IMG/VR virus record: IMGVR_UViG_3300020727_000006
Direction: 5' to 3' (one strand)
Length of the DNA: 64,000 nucleotides
From: an uncultured virus (IMG/VR IMGVR_UViG_3300020727_000006)
Lineage: Duplodnaviria > Heunggongvirae > Uroviricota > Caudoviricetes
How positions within the stretch are numbered: position 1 is the stretch's first letter; each line of letters opens with the position of its first letter. The position numbers were made by a program, and so were the translations under genes. The notes beneath the pieces were generated by a model, which saw only the letters and a program-made list of their open reading frames with translations, was not told where the DNA came from and searched no databases. Positions 50,649 to 59,948 of the stretch are shown piece after piece.

Positions 50649-51445
50649 TCGTTAACTTTCGGCACTATCAATTGCAACCAATCTTGATGTGCAAGGGGTC
50701 CTGGGTGTGTGCCACTCATTTCATAATTATTATCAATTGCCCATGGATGAAACGCACTGTCTTTATACCAGCTATTCCAATTTATAGTGTTATATAAACC
50801 AAGTGGCGAAATTTCTTTATTTTGTAATTGATCCTTGCGTTCTGTTTTAAAAATATCATTGCTTGCACTGCAGAAAAAATATTCAATACCTTTACTTTCT
50901 AAGAAAGCTTGTAGCACTATTATCTCTTTTAATGTTTGATATAGACTGTAAACATGATCGCCTGTCACACTATAGAATTTTTCAGCAGCAATTCGTACAC
51001 CTGAATTTTCTAACCAATCATGTTGGCGATTAAAGAAATTAACCTTTCCATCATCGCCATCTTTTATATTCATGAGTTTTATTTTTTCTTCTCTGCTTAC
51101 TCCGTGCCAAGGAGTAAAGTTTGTCCAGTTATTATCAAGTTCGTTTTCTAGATTTGTACTATGTTGCGTGATGCCATCTCGCAATCGTATTTCGTCGCGA
51201 TGTGTAAATGTCCACATAACTGCAACAACTATTTTCTCATGCTTAAAAGATTGTTTTACTACTTCGCTAATTATTCTGCGACATATAGCACTGTTGCTAC
51301 CGCCTGGTTTTGCTGCGCAAGCATATTCATAACCTAATTGTTTTGCTAAAAGATAGGACCAGGTCTGCTCACTATAATGATGCGGACCTGATTCTAATTC
51401 ACTTCCCCATGTAAAGGAATCACCGCCACTTATTAATAATGGCAT
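50633..51445 (-). CDS. SGNH/GDSL-like protein
   Basis: GDSFT...GTHP. Confidence 0.7.
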   Translation of the reverse strand: MPLLISGGDSFTWGSELESGPHHYSEQTWSYLLAKQLGYEYACAAKPGGSNSAICRRIISEVVKQSFKHEKIVVAVMWTFTHRDEIRLRDGITQHSTNLENELDNNWTNFTPWHGVSREEKIKLMNIKDGDDGKVNFFNRQHDWLENSGVRIAAEKFYSVTGDHVYSLYQTLKEIIVLQAFLESKGIEYFFCSASNDIFKTERKDQLQNKEISPLGLYNTINWNSWYKDSAFHPWAIDNNYEMSGTHPGPLAHQDWLQLIVPKVNECWKI

Positions 51446-52059
51446 TAAGCACCTAGAACGCTTTTTGCCTTGTTGTATAATTCAGTGCGTTCTTCAAGAC
51501 CAATGGTTCCTCCGTTAATAATCTTTGTTGTCTTAACAACATCGTCACTATCAGCGGCTTCGTTGCAGCCGTTTTCTTGGAAGAACCAAGCAGCACTACG
51601 AGCAGCACCTTCTGGTGTTGCTAGATAATCACTATCACTTGTTAGGTCTTTGTTAAGTGCTTTGCCACAATTTTCATAGTTGCTCTTGCCAGTCAATTGA
51701 ATTAAACCACGACCACGGAAACGATAGCCATCACCGCTTGCTTCATCACCATTACCCATGCGGTTAGCATAAACACGGTTAGCAATCTTTTCTGGTTGCT
51801 TTGCAAAGTCATCTGGATTTACATCACGGAAATACTTTGGAAATACTTTTGTCAATGTTTCTGCCTTGTAGTTAAGGTTTTCACTAACAGCACTGAACAT
51901 GCCACTTTCGTGTCCGCACTGTGCAAGAAACATTGCTTCACGATGCAGTGTATTGATTTCAAATTCATTCATTGCTTCGTTAAGAGCATCAACATACTTG
52001 TCAAGATTCTCTTCTTTTGCGCCATGAAAAATTTCTTTTAGTTGGTCAATTGTTGCCAT
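51445..52059 (-). CDS. Glycoside hydrolase family 19 endolysin
   Basis: FLAQCGHESG, ENLNY, FRGRGLIQLTG..NY, INGG. Confidence 0.92.
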   Translation of the reverse strand: MATIDQLKEIFHGAKEENLDKYVDALNEAMNEFEINTLHREAMFLAQCGHESGMFSAVSENLNYKAETLTKVFPKYFRDVNPDDFAKQPEKIANRVYANRMGNGDEASGDGYRFRGRGLIQLTGKSNYENCGKALNKDLTSDSDYLATPEGAARSAAWFFQENGCNEAADSDDVVKTTKIINGGTIGLEERTELYNKAKSVLGA

Positions 52060-52112
52060 GATAGGCTCCTTTTTAAAGATTGTATTAGTATTTACCATTC
52101 ATAAACTGTCAC

Positions 52113-52119
52113 ATAAATA
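52113..52119 (+). promoter_or_regulatory. T4-type late promoter ATAAATA, representative
   Basis: Motif lies 5-7 nt before ATG here and at 59247, 61830 (+) and before 4033, 10890, 34042, 45780 (-). Confidence 0.7.
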
Positions 52120-52124
52120 CTTAC

Positions 52125-53009
52125 ATGTGCGTAGTAATAGCAAAATATTTTAGTGGAACTGGTTGGGTCGGTGTGAAAAACCGTGATCGTAACTATGTAC
52201 CTGACCTTTCATTCCGTAAGATGCAGAATAAAAATACAGAAACTCTTTATTTTTGGGATGATATCACGCAATACTGTGAAGGTATGAATGATAGCGGAGT
52301 ATGTGTACTAAGTGCTTCGCTTATGGTGTTAGATGATGAAAAAGAAATCACTGTACGCACAAAAACTCCATCTAAAGATGGTGTAAAAATTAAAAAGGCA
52401 CTAAAACTTACTGATGTTAAAGCAGTAGCAATGAGTCTTATTAAACAAAAGTTGCCTGGCTGTACTCTTATTTTTAATCGCGAAGAATGTTATCTACTTG
52501 AAGGAGCGTGGGCACCTGGCGGATACGAAGACAAAGATTACAAATATAAGATTGAAAAGATAGACCACGATACAACTGTTGCTCGCACAAATCATGGCGT
52601 ATGGTTAAAGTGGGCAGGTTATCAATATGGCGCAGATGATAGCGAAAGTATGAGTGCTATTAGTAGCCGCAGTCGTTTGCTAATTGCACAGCATGTTGCT
52701 GATAGCGCCGAAACACCTGCGCAACTTATTGATTGGCTAACCAAGAAGTATGTTGATAATTGGCAACTTAATGCAATGCGTCTAAGTGATGAAAAGAAAA
52801 TGATGCGCACCACTGCACAGTTGATGTTAGTGCCAAAAGACCTAACAATGTTCGTGCGTCCTATTCAAAGCAATATCAAGTTTAACTTCTGGAAACTTAA
52901 TGGCGCAAAGGATAACAAGATGTGGGTTGAATTGCTTACAAACCGTGTGTTGCGCACTGGCGAAGATGACCCATCTATTCCAACTAATCTATCACATATT
53001 GAAGATTAA
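52125..53009 (+). CDS. Ntn-hydrolase (NRDE/TANGO2-like, N-terminal Cys)
   Basis: MC start, KNRDR, EGMN..G, RTNHG. Confidence 0.65.
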   Translation: MCVVIAKYFSGTGWVGVKNRDRNYVPDLSFRKMQNKNTETLYFWDDITQYCEGMNDSGVCVLSASLMVLDDEKEITVRTKTPSKDGVKIKKALKLTDVKAVAMSLIKQKLPGCTLIFNREECYLLEGAWAPGGYEDKDYKYKIEKIDHDTTVARTNHGVWLKWAGYQYGADDSESMSAISSRSRLLIAQHVADSAETPAQLIDWLTKKYVDNWQLNAMRLSDEKKMMRTTAQLMLVPKDLTMFVRPIQSNIKFNFWKLNGAKDNKMWVELLTNRVLRTGEDDPSIPTNLSHIED

Positions 53010-53257
53010 ACTGGAAAGTGGGCTAAACCCCAATCATAGGCTTTCCAATACACACCAAACAATACTGCATCTTCGCTGCGTTCAAATGACCACTGAGTGG
53101 TATACCCATGCGCTTCGTTAGCATAAGGCCATTTGTTTAGGGTAAACTTAATGTCATTTGACTCACACCATTTATACATCTGGTCAACCCAAAACTGCGA
53201 AGCATATGCAGCATGGGCGGCAGGTAGTGTGATATCAATTTTATAAATTTCAGTCAT
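53006..53257 (-). CDS. Small protein, likely a dispersed member of the F-x-x-x-W family
   Basis: WC...FERSEDAVLFGVYW. Confidence 0.6.
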   Translation of the reverse strand: MTEIYKIDITLPAAHAAYASQFWVDQMYKWCESNDIKFTLNKWPYANEAHGYTTQWSFERSEDAVLFGVYWKAYDWGLAHFPV

Positions 53258-53273
53258 GATTACTTTTTGTGTT

Positions 53274-53356
53274 TGGTGTCCCCTGCCAGACTCGAACTGG
53301 CACTCCGAAGAAGCAGATTTTAAGTCTGCTGCGGCTACCTATTACGCCAAGGGGAC
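53274..53356 (-). tRNA. tRNA-Leu(TAA)
   Basis: GCAGA-CTTAAAA-TCTGC, variable arm, CCA. Confidence 0.93.
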
Positions 53357-53363
53357 ATTATCT

Positions 53364-53651
53364 TTATTTTACACTAATACTATGTATAGAGTCAATTCTA
53401 AAAGAACGCCATTCGTCAATGTCAGTTACAAAAACTGCGAGCGAAGTATCGCTAACCTTGCGTTCGCGCTTCTCTTCGCCTTCTACTACAACCACAGGTG
53501 GTAGCAGTTCAGGCTTAAGAGTGCAAGGCATAGTGCGCAAATCGCCATTAACCTTAGTAAAAGTTACTTCGCATACACCTTCACGAAGCATATCACGCAG
53601 CATATCAATGCTTGGTTGAACTTGCGTATTAAATTCAATATAAGATGTCAT
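53364..53651 (-). CDS. WYL-like SH3/Sm-fold protein
   Basis: VTFTKVNGDLRTM.CT...WRSFR. Confidence 0.7.
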   Translation of the reverse strand: MTSYIEFNTQVQPSIDMLRDMLREGVCEVTFTKVNGDLRTMPCTLKPELLPPVVVVEGEEKRERKVSDTSLAVFVTDIDEWRSFRIDSIHSISVK

Positions 53652-54070
53652 TAGTCTATTACCTCTTTAGTTGACTTGGCCAATTCTTTATAGCCTGTTG
53701 CAGTAGGATGAATGCTATCGTGACTCAACCAGTTGTTATGCAACTTGATAGTGCCATCATTGAACTCTCGTGCCATATCTTCAATTGCCGCAAATGCAAG
53801 CGGAAATAGTTTTTCGTTAGGCAACACCCAGATAACATAATTTGCATCAACTCGTTCACGCAGAACCCATAGCTGCTCTCTGTCACTGACTTTAGGATTA
53901 TCGTTTGAACCAAGACTTATGATCGCAATGCTACTAGTTGGAAGTTTGGTGCTATATGCTTCAACATAGTGTTCAGTGTTGATACCGACTTTAGCAATAG
54001 TTGTGCAATCACGGCGAACATCGCCAAGTCCTTTTGCAATACTATCACCTATAATTAAACAATCTAGCAT
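53651..54070 (-). CDS. SGNH hydrolase-like protein
   Basis: GDS, GSND, DSIHP. Confidence 0.8.
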   Translation of the reverse strand: MLDCLIIGDSIAKGLGDVRRDCTTIAKVGINTEHYVEAYSTKLPTSSIAIISLGSNDNPKVSDREQLWVLRERVDANYVIWVLPNEKLFPLAFAAIEDMAREFNDGTIKLHNNWLSHDSIHPTATGYKELAKSTKEVID

Positions 54071-54088
54071 ATCATACTTCCTAAATTT

Positions 54089-54165
54089 TGGTAGGGGATG
54101 CCAGAGTCAAACTGGCTTAAGCACTGTTATGAGCAGTGAGCGTCCTTCACTTCCGCCTATCCCCC
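54089..54165 (-). tRNA. tRNA(CAT), Ile2 or Met, atypical
   Basis: CACTG-CTCATAA-CAGTG, 7-bp acceptor stem, CCA; T-loop TTTGACT. Confidence 0.8.
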
Positions 54166-54828
54166 ATAAATTAATTCTTTTATAGTATATTGTTTTTTTC
54201 TAATTTTGTCAATCTCTTTTTGTTTCAATACTATTAAATTTTTTACGACTGCCCATTTTGCTAGATCACGCTCTCGTTCATATCCTTTAACTTCAATAAA
54301 TTTGTCAAAGTCAGGCAAATAAAAATCTGGAAAATATAAATGCCAATCATTATTCCAAAAGTATGGTATAGGATTTTCAGGTTGTTCAAACTTAATATTA
54401 TTATCTAACAAAAATTTTCCTACTTCTAATTCCCAATTTCCTTTAAAAATATATCCAGAATGTTCAATATTTTTCACTCTTCCTGATATATTTTTTTTAC
54501 TATACGAATCAGGATTATTTTTTACAACTTTCTTCATTCGTTCCGATTGTGCTTTTTTATATTCTTCGGTGTTATGTAATTTTTTAATTTTAACAGATAT
54601 TTTTGTTTTTGTTTCTTCTGTTAGATCACCTTGTTTTATTCTTCCTTTTTTGCCCCATTCTTTTAATTTTTCTCGGTGTTCATCTGTAAAAAAATTAGGT
54701 TGACTTCCATTCTCATATTGTTGTTCCAACCAAGTTTTTTGCCTATCAGGATTGTTTTTACATAATCTTTGATGATTTTTTAATGAATTTAAATTTGTTT
54801 TAACTGACCCGCAAAATACGCATTCCAT
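54157..54828 (-). CDS. PD-(D/E)XK-type free-standing endonuclease with N-terminal Zn finger
   Basis: CxxC..H...C; TEETKTKIS; WE...YFPDF..IEVKG. Confidence 0.78.
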   Translation of the reverse strand: MECVFCGSVKTNLNSLKNHQRLCKNNPDRQKTWLEQQYENGSQPNFFTDEHREKLKEWGKKGRIKQGDLTEETKTKISVKIKKLHNTEEYKKAQSERMKKVVKNNPDSYSKKNISGRVKNIEHSGYIFKGNWELEVGKFLLDNNIKFEQPENPIPYFWNNDWHLYFPDFYLPDFDKFIEVKGYERERDLAKWAVVKNLIVLKQKEIDKIRKKQYTIKELIYGG

Positions 54829-54903
54829 TTTTATTATCCTATTGATAATATTATTTAGAAAAAGTTAATAAAAATATTAATTAATGAAGGGGATGATATT
54901 AAC

Positions 54904-55116
54904 TTATACTGTTTTGTTTAACCTGTCAAGAAAAAGTTTCTTTAACGCTTTCTCAAAGATTTCACTATTTCCTTCAACACGAGCCAAAAACAATTCGTAA
55001 ACCAGTGGGTCATCTTTTTCTGGTTTGAAATTTACACCACGAGCCTCTAACTCTTCAATAAGTTCATCATCATCAAAGTCATCTAGATCAACTTCTACTT
55101 CTACATAATGTGCCAT
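54904..55116 (-). CDS. Small acidic hypothetical protein
   Basis: AAGGA SD; DLDDFDDDELIEELEARG. Confidence 0.65.
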   Translation of the reverse strand: MAHYVEVEVDLDDFDDDELIEELEARGVNFKPEKDDPLVYELFLARVEGNSEIFEKALKKLFLDRLNKTV

Positions 55117-55134
55117 GATTTATCCTTTGAAATT

Positions 55135-55226
55135 TGGTAGGGACGCTAGGATTTGAACCTAGTCAAGAACACCCATCTGATGCTAAAGAGTTTATAAAAC
55201 TCTCCCGTGTACCAACACCCGCCCCC
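55135..55226 (-). tRNA. tRNA with TAT anticodon (Ile-UAU), atypical long variable arm
   Basis: Acceptor GGGGGCG/CGTCCCT-ACCA; AGAGT-TTTATAA-ACTCT; T arm CTAGG-TTCAAAT-CCTAG. Confidence 0.8.
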
Positions 55227-55366
55227 ACTATGGTTAGGCAGGTATGTAATGTAACAACTGACCTGCTATTGCGCCAAAGGCAGCAGCACTAACAAAGAAT
55301 AAGAATTTCTTAAGCATTTGTGTCTCCGTTGTTTGTATTATAACTATATATCATTTTGAAAAATTG

Positions 55367-56077
55367 TCAAGTATTATCTTTAAAATATTCTTTTAAATAT
55401 TTGAAGCATGCTTGCTTCACTTTTTCACTTGACCGTTCAAGAAATACTGTATTGGCAATAGACCATACATACCCGTTAGCATCAAACACCACATTGTCAC
55501 GATAAGGCTTGTTGCAAATCTGACATTGCGGAATAATGTTGCCAGCTTCTAGCGGCTTCTCAGGGTCCATATGACCTTTTTCTAGCACCGTAATAGTTCC
55601 GCGCTTGCGATTGTTTGGCTTGTTTTCTTCACTTCCACAACAAGCACACCGAAATTTGTAATGATGCTTAACTGCGTCCCAGTTACCTGTTGTAACTGCA
55701 ACGGCGCGATTATTTTTCCAATCTGGCGCAGTAAGGTTCATATCTAACAGCGCATAATAACTAGGCTTAAGCTTTGTGCCATCTGGCATTGCGCCATTGC
55801 GACTGCGAGCATTGTAACCATTGACATTGCTCATATGACGCAGTGACTGCGCGTCTGTTACTTTTTTGTTTAAAATATTACTAGCAAATTCTAGCGCATC
55901 CTTGCCATTAAACGCATGTCCAATATGACAATAAGCATAAAGATAGATCATACTAGTATTGGTACCAAACATAGGCGGTTTAGTTACGCCTAACTGTTTT
56001 AGGTTTGCTTCCCATTCACTATAAAATTTATCATAGATTGGTTTTGCTTCATCTAGTGTGGTTGGTAGCGCAATCAT
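55367..56077 (-). CDS. HNH endonuclease
   Basis: CACCG...EKGHMDP...NIIPQCQICN. Confidence 0.75.
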   Translation of the reverse strand: MIALPTTLDEAKPIYDKFYSEWEANLKQLGVTKPPMFGTNTSMIYLYAYCHIGHAFNGKDALEFASNILNKKVTDAQSLRHMSNVNGYNARSRNGAMPDGTKLKPSYYALLDMNLTAPDWKNNRAVAVTTGNWDAVKHHYKFRCACCGSEENKPNNRKRGTITVLEKGHMDPEKPLEAGNIIPQCQICNKPYRDNVVFDANGYVWSIANTVFLERSSEKVKQACFKYLKEYFKDNT

Positions 56078-56113
56078 ATTATTTCTCCAATAACTTTTTA
56101 TCTAAGTATTTCC

Positions 56114-57016
56114 ATGAGCGACGAGTTTAAAAACCTATATGGCAGTATGCTAGTCAAGGATGCCAAGAGCATTCAAAACGCATATATTAAAGAGTATATC
56201 ATCGAAAACAAAATTACGCAACGAATATTTTCAGATGAACTGCCTATAGATGTGCAAGATGATTTCTTAGATTTTTATCCTCGTTGGATTGCTAGTAGTA
56301 AACTCAATAACTTTAGTGGACTGTTTGCATTTCCGCATCGTTATATCAGCATAGGCACTACACAGTCAATAGATGATTTTCATTTTTGGTGCAAAAAAAC
56401 AAATCGCACCGTTAAAGTTTTTCGTGGTGAATATCCTTATAGCAGAAATATATCTGTTAAAGAAGGCGACAAATTTATAGATGATAGCGAATTAAAGTGC
56501 GGCGATGCTGTTATTATCAGCTTACCATTTAGCGCAACTGGCAACATTCATCCGCAATGGAATGAACTTATGGATACTTGTGATAGGTTGAAAATACCAG
56601 TTATGGTTGATGCTGCTTTCTTTGGTACATGCTATGACATCACTGTTGATCTAAGTCGCGATTGCATTGACACCGTTGCATTTAGTCCAACGAAAGGATT
56701 AAATTGTGGCAAATGGCGCAGCGGTATTTGCTTTACAAAACGCAGTCCGCTGCATTGTCCGTTGGGCATACAAACCGAATGGCATCATGGCGTTCATCTA
56801 AACACTGCAATATGTTATCATCTTATGCAAGCATTCTCACCAGACACAGTTCCGTTAAAATGGAAAGATGCTCAACATCGAGCTTGTGCGCATTATGGAT
56901 TAACCCCTAGCAAAACAGTGCATCTGACAATAGGCGATGAAAGATGGAAATATTTTGCTAGAGATGATCTTTATAACAGAGTTAATATCTACTCTGCAAT
57001 CAAGCTTTTTTCTTAA
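56114..57016 (+). CDS. PLP-dependent transferase-like protein (fold type I)
   Basis: P..ATG, VDAAF, FSPTKG..R.G. Confidence 0.7.
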   Translation: MSDEFKNLYGSMLVKDAKSIQNAYIKEYIIENKITQRIFSDELPIDVQDDFLDFYPRWIASSKLNNFSGLFAFPHRYISIGTTQSIDDFHFWCKKTNRTVKVFRGEYPYSRNISVKEGDKFIDDSELKCGDAVIISLPFSATGNIHPQWNELMDTCDRLKIPVMVDAAFFGTCYDITVDLSRDCIDTVAFSPTKGLNCGKWRSGICFTKRSPLHCPLGIQTEWHHGVHLNTAICYHLMQAFSPDTVPLKWKDAQHRACAHYGLTPSKTVHLTIGDERWKYFARDDLYNRVNIYSAIKLFS

Positions 57017-57440
57017 CCTGTGATTGAAGGAACATGCGGTACAGTCCAAGTTCGCGACCGAACGCTTCGATCTCCCAAGGCGTGTCCCAATAGTTCATGT
57101 TCTCTGGATAATATTTTCCAGCAAAGCGATACATGCGCTTGCGTTCGCTGAAACCAAAATTATCCTGAACATGCTGCTTGACATGCACCATCTCGTGAGC
57201 AAGGCCCAAGAGAATAGCGCGTTTTCCCATGCTAGCATCAATCGTAATGGTAAATTCTTTACCATCGTCGTTTACGCAGTCAGCATCGTTGCCGCTGTTT
57301 TCTTTGTAGTTCTTTTCAAAGTCAAGATAGACATCAACCTTGTCATGGTTCTTCATAAGATAATCGGCGTAAAATGCCATCGCTGCCTTGACAGTCTTGC
57401 GGTCAACTTTGGATGGCTTGCCAGAAATCGTGAGGTACAT
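57000..57440 (-). CDS. Zincin metallopeptidase-like protein
   Basis: LAHEMVHVKQ...PWEIEA. Confidence 0.75.
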   Translation of the reverse strand: MYLTISGKPSKVDRKTVKAAMAFYADYLMKNHDKVDVYLDFEKNYKENSGNDADCVNDDGKEFTITIDASMGKRAILLGLAHEMVHVKQHVQDNFGFSERKRMYRFAGKYYPENMNYWDTPWEIEAFGRELGLYRMFLQSQVKKKA

Positions 57441-57483
57441 GGGTAAATCTCTCCATTGCTTATATTATCAATATAACACGATT

Positions 57484-57954
57484 TTAGGGGTTGTCAAGCA
57501 TTATTATCTCGTCAAACCCCTCAGAAAGTTGTGGAATTTCAAGGGCTTCTATCATTCCCTGTAAAATATTTTGAGGAATGTCTTTGCCAACCCGTGACTT
57601 TAAACGCCGTTCCAACTCAGGCGCATCTGGCGTAGGAAAAAATACCGCTACCTTGAGCCATTCGTCGTTAAATTGTCCCAGCTTGTACTTGCGGCCTTTA
57701 GCCATAGTGTTGGTCTGATCCCATACCAAATCCTTGCCTAACTTGATAGCTGTGTTGACCTGTGCCTTGCAGAAATCCATAGCATTGCCGATCTCACGGG
57801 AGAAGACATCGCTATAGGTCTTGCCTTGCTTGGCAGCAACCGTATCAATATAAGCATCGCTAGATGCAATGATCACATCTTCAAACTTCTGGTTTGCAAC
57901 CCAAGTTGACTTGCCGCTACCTGGCACACCAATTAACATATAAACCTTGGTCAT
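57484..57954 (-). CDS. P-loop kinase (polynucleotide kinase-like)
   Basis: GVPGSGKST, SSD, DQTN, RxxxR. Confidence 0.8.
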   Translation of the reverse strand: MTKVYMLIGVPGSGKSTWVANQKFEDVIIASSDAYIDTVAAKQGKTYSDVFSREIGNAMDFCKAQVNTAIKLGKDLVWDQTNTMAKGRKYKLGQFNDEWLKVAVFFPTPDAPELERRLKSRVGKDIPQNILQGMIEALEIPQLSEGFDEIIMLDNP

Positions 57955-58178
57955 TTTACACCTATCATTTCAACTTCTGCTTCTGTTTCAATCCAGAGTT
58001 TAGCACCACATTTGCGTGGTTTGTCTGGTCTATATACCATACGAGATGGACCCTTGATATCTACTTCCATGCAGTATGTTACCACACCATTCTGTTCAAC
58101 GCGAACAACAGGCTCACTCTTATTGTGCTTAGAGTTAGCCTGTATAATGTTTCGGTTGATATGGATAATAGTAGTCAT
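57951..58178 (-). CDS. Hypothetical protein
   Basis: Start MTTIIHINR. Confidence 0.65.
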   Translation of the reverse strand: MTTIIHINRNIIQANSKHNKSEPVVRVEQNGVVTYCMEVDIKGPSRMVYRPDKPRKCGAKLWIETEAEVEMIGVK

Positions 58179-58179
58179 A

Positions 58180-58620
58180 TCAGAAATTACCTTCGGCAAC
58201 TTGTAAAACACGAACGCCTTCTGCTCTGATCGCCTGCACCACTTGCTCTCTATCGTCGAACCATAAAAACGGTGGTCCCCAATCCTTACGGATTTGTTCA
58301 AGCAATTCTACCTTGACGATGCTATCCTTCCTGTAATCTTTTTCCGCTCGCATGTATAACGCATTGAAGTCAATACCATGCTGATGCAACCATGTTTCAG
58401 TAACGCCCCGTGTTTCCTCACCACGCCCACTGCACAAGATGATACGGTCTCCACGAGCAAATAACATACCCAACAGTTCAACAATATCTACATGAACCGT
58501 ATCATTAGCCATGCCAGCGTTCCAAGCAGCCCAGTTCTTTGGCTTGCTCGCAACCCAATGCTTGCGATGTTCAGTGTTGGCAAGGGTACCATCAATGTCC
58601 ACGACTATTACCTTACTCAT
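58180..58620 (-). CDS. HAD phosphatase (PNKP 3'-phosphatase-like)
   Basis: DIDGT, SGR, K, FDDR. Confidence 0.85.
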   Translation of the reverse strand: MSKVIVVDIDGTLANTEHRKHWVASKPKNWAAWNAGMANDTVHVDIVELLGMLFARGDRIILCSGRGEETRGVTETWLHQHGIDFNALYMRAEKDYRKDSIVKVELLEQIRKDWGPPFLWFDDREQVVQAIRAEGVRVLQVAEGNF

Positions 58621-59015
58621 TTCAACCAATCCTTATGATAGTCAACGAGAGCCTTAATCATGTCTTGACTAAGTTCACCGTTGGATAGCAAACCTTCCAT
58701 ATATGAGTCATAAACAAGGTTTTTTCTGTCACAATAAAGTGACACCAAAAAGCGTAATTTATCCATGTCATACATTGTTTGTGTTCTCCTTATAACCCAA
58801 TATAGCACAAATTTAGAAGCTGTCAAGGGTTATTTTTCGCTTGACAAGACCTGAAAACATGCTATATTGGGGTATTAGCAATGGAGAAAACTATGCGTAT
58901 TACATATGATGATTTCTTTGCGCTTCTTGGTTTTTCCTTTTTTGCCTATTTTATAGGTACTGGCAAAATCTGGGATACTATTATCTACCTTGGACATCTT
59001 TAATAGGAGAATAAA

Positions 59016-59237
59016 ATGAGTAATCAACGAGCAGGTAAAACCCATGCAGCAGCATTGGTTGATAGTGACAAGATTTCTGTTACCAGTTTGATTAGGTTCT
59101 TGCGAGAAGCCAAGAGCGATCTTGAAAAAAGCGGCGACGATGATGCGGCTCTTCGTTTTGAAATTCTCGCAGACTATCTTGTAGAAGATTATCGCGGCGG
59201 CGGTTTCAAGTATCAATCAAAAATGATTGGGCTGTAA
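59016..59237 (+). CDS. Small hypothetical protein
   Basis: AGGAG SD; follows a divergent promoter. Confidence 0.65.
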   Translation: MSNQRAGKTHAAALVDSDKISVTSLIRFLREAKSDLEKSGDDDAALRFEILADYLVEDYRGGGFKYQSKMIGL

Positions 59238-59258
59238 AACAGCCCAATAAATATCCAC

Positions 59259-59948
59259 ATGCAAATAATGGTATGTGGTGATAGTTTTGGCGTAAACACA
59301 AAACATAAGTTAAGTTGGATTAACTGGTTATCAAGATTATTAAATGTATCCGTTCATACATTTTGCCAAGGCGGATGCAGCAACTATTCTACATACTGGC
59401 AGTACAAAAATAATAATCCTGAAGATTATGATATTGCTATAATTTTAATCACCAACACTCATCGCATTCCGATAGTAAAAGATAACCCACATCTTTGTTG
59501 TATGTTGGATAGCGGCGAGTTACGAAAGTCAAAATTATTGTCTATACCAAAAGATTATTCAGATGCACTTGATTATTATATAAAATATTACTTTAATGAA
59601 GAAGTTAATTTGTTTGTAAGTCAAAAATCAATACAAAATATTATTGACAGCAAACCAACAAACCAAAAACTTTTTATTTTAAATTCTGGATCAAGTAAAA
59701 ATTTAGATATTGATTGCAACAACAGTGTTTATTGTTCTGGTTCACTGATTGATGTTTTGCATGAAGAAGTAAAAAAATCTGGATTTTCAAGTGTATTGGA
59801 ATATAATAATAAACATCCAGATGAATTAGATAAAATAAATCACCTGTCATTTCATAATAATTATAATTTGGCTAACTTTTTAAAAAATGTTATATTAGAC
59901 CAAAGCGCAAATAAAAATTTATTAACACATAATTGGACATTCGATTGA
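59259..59948 (+). CDS. SGNH-like protein
   Basis: GDSF, GCSN, NHL. Confidence 0.6.
   Translation: MQIMVCGDSFGVNTKHKLSWINWLSRLLNVSVHTFCQGGCSNYSTYWQYKNNNPEDYDIAIILITNTHRIPIVKDNPHLCCMLDSGELRKSKLLSIPKDYSDALDYYIKYYFNEEVNLFVSQKSIQNIIDSKPTNQKLFILNSGSSKNLDIDCNNSVYCSGSLIDVLHEEVKKSGFSSVLEYNNKHPDELDKINHLSFHNNYNLANFLKNVILDQSANKNLLTHNWTFD

Noticed and set aside
53256..53619. Plus-strand ORFs over tRNA-Leu
   Set aside because: Antisense to a clear tRNA and a WYL-like gene
54885..54896. AGGGGATG match to the tRNA(CAT) 3' end as an insertion-site duplication
   Set aside because: Only 8 bp; could be chance
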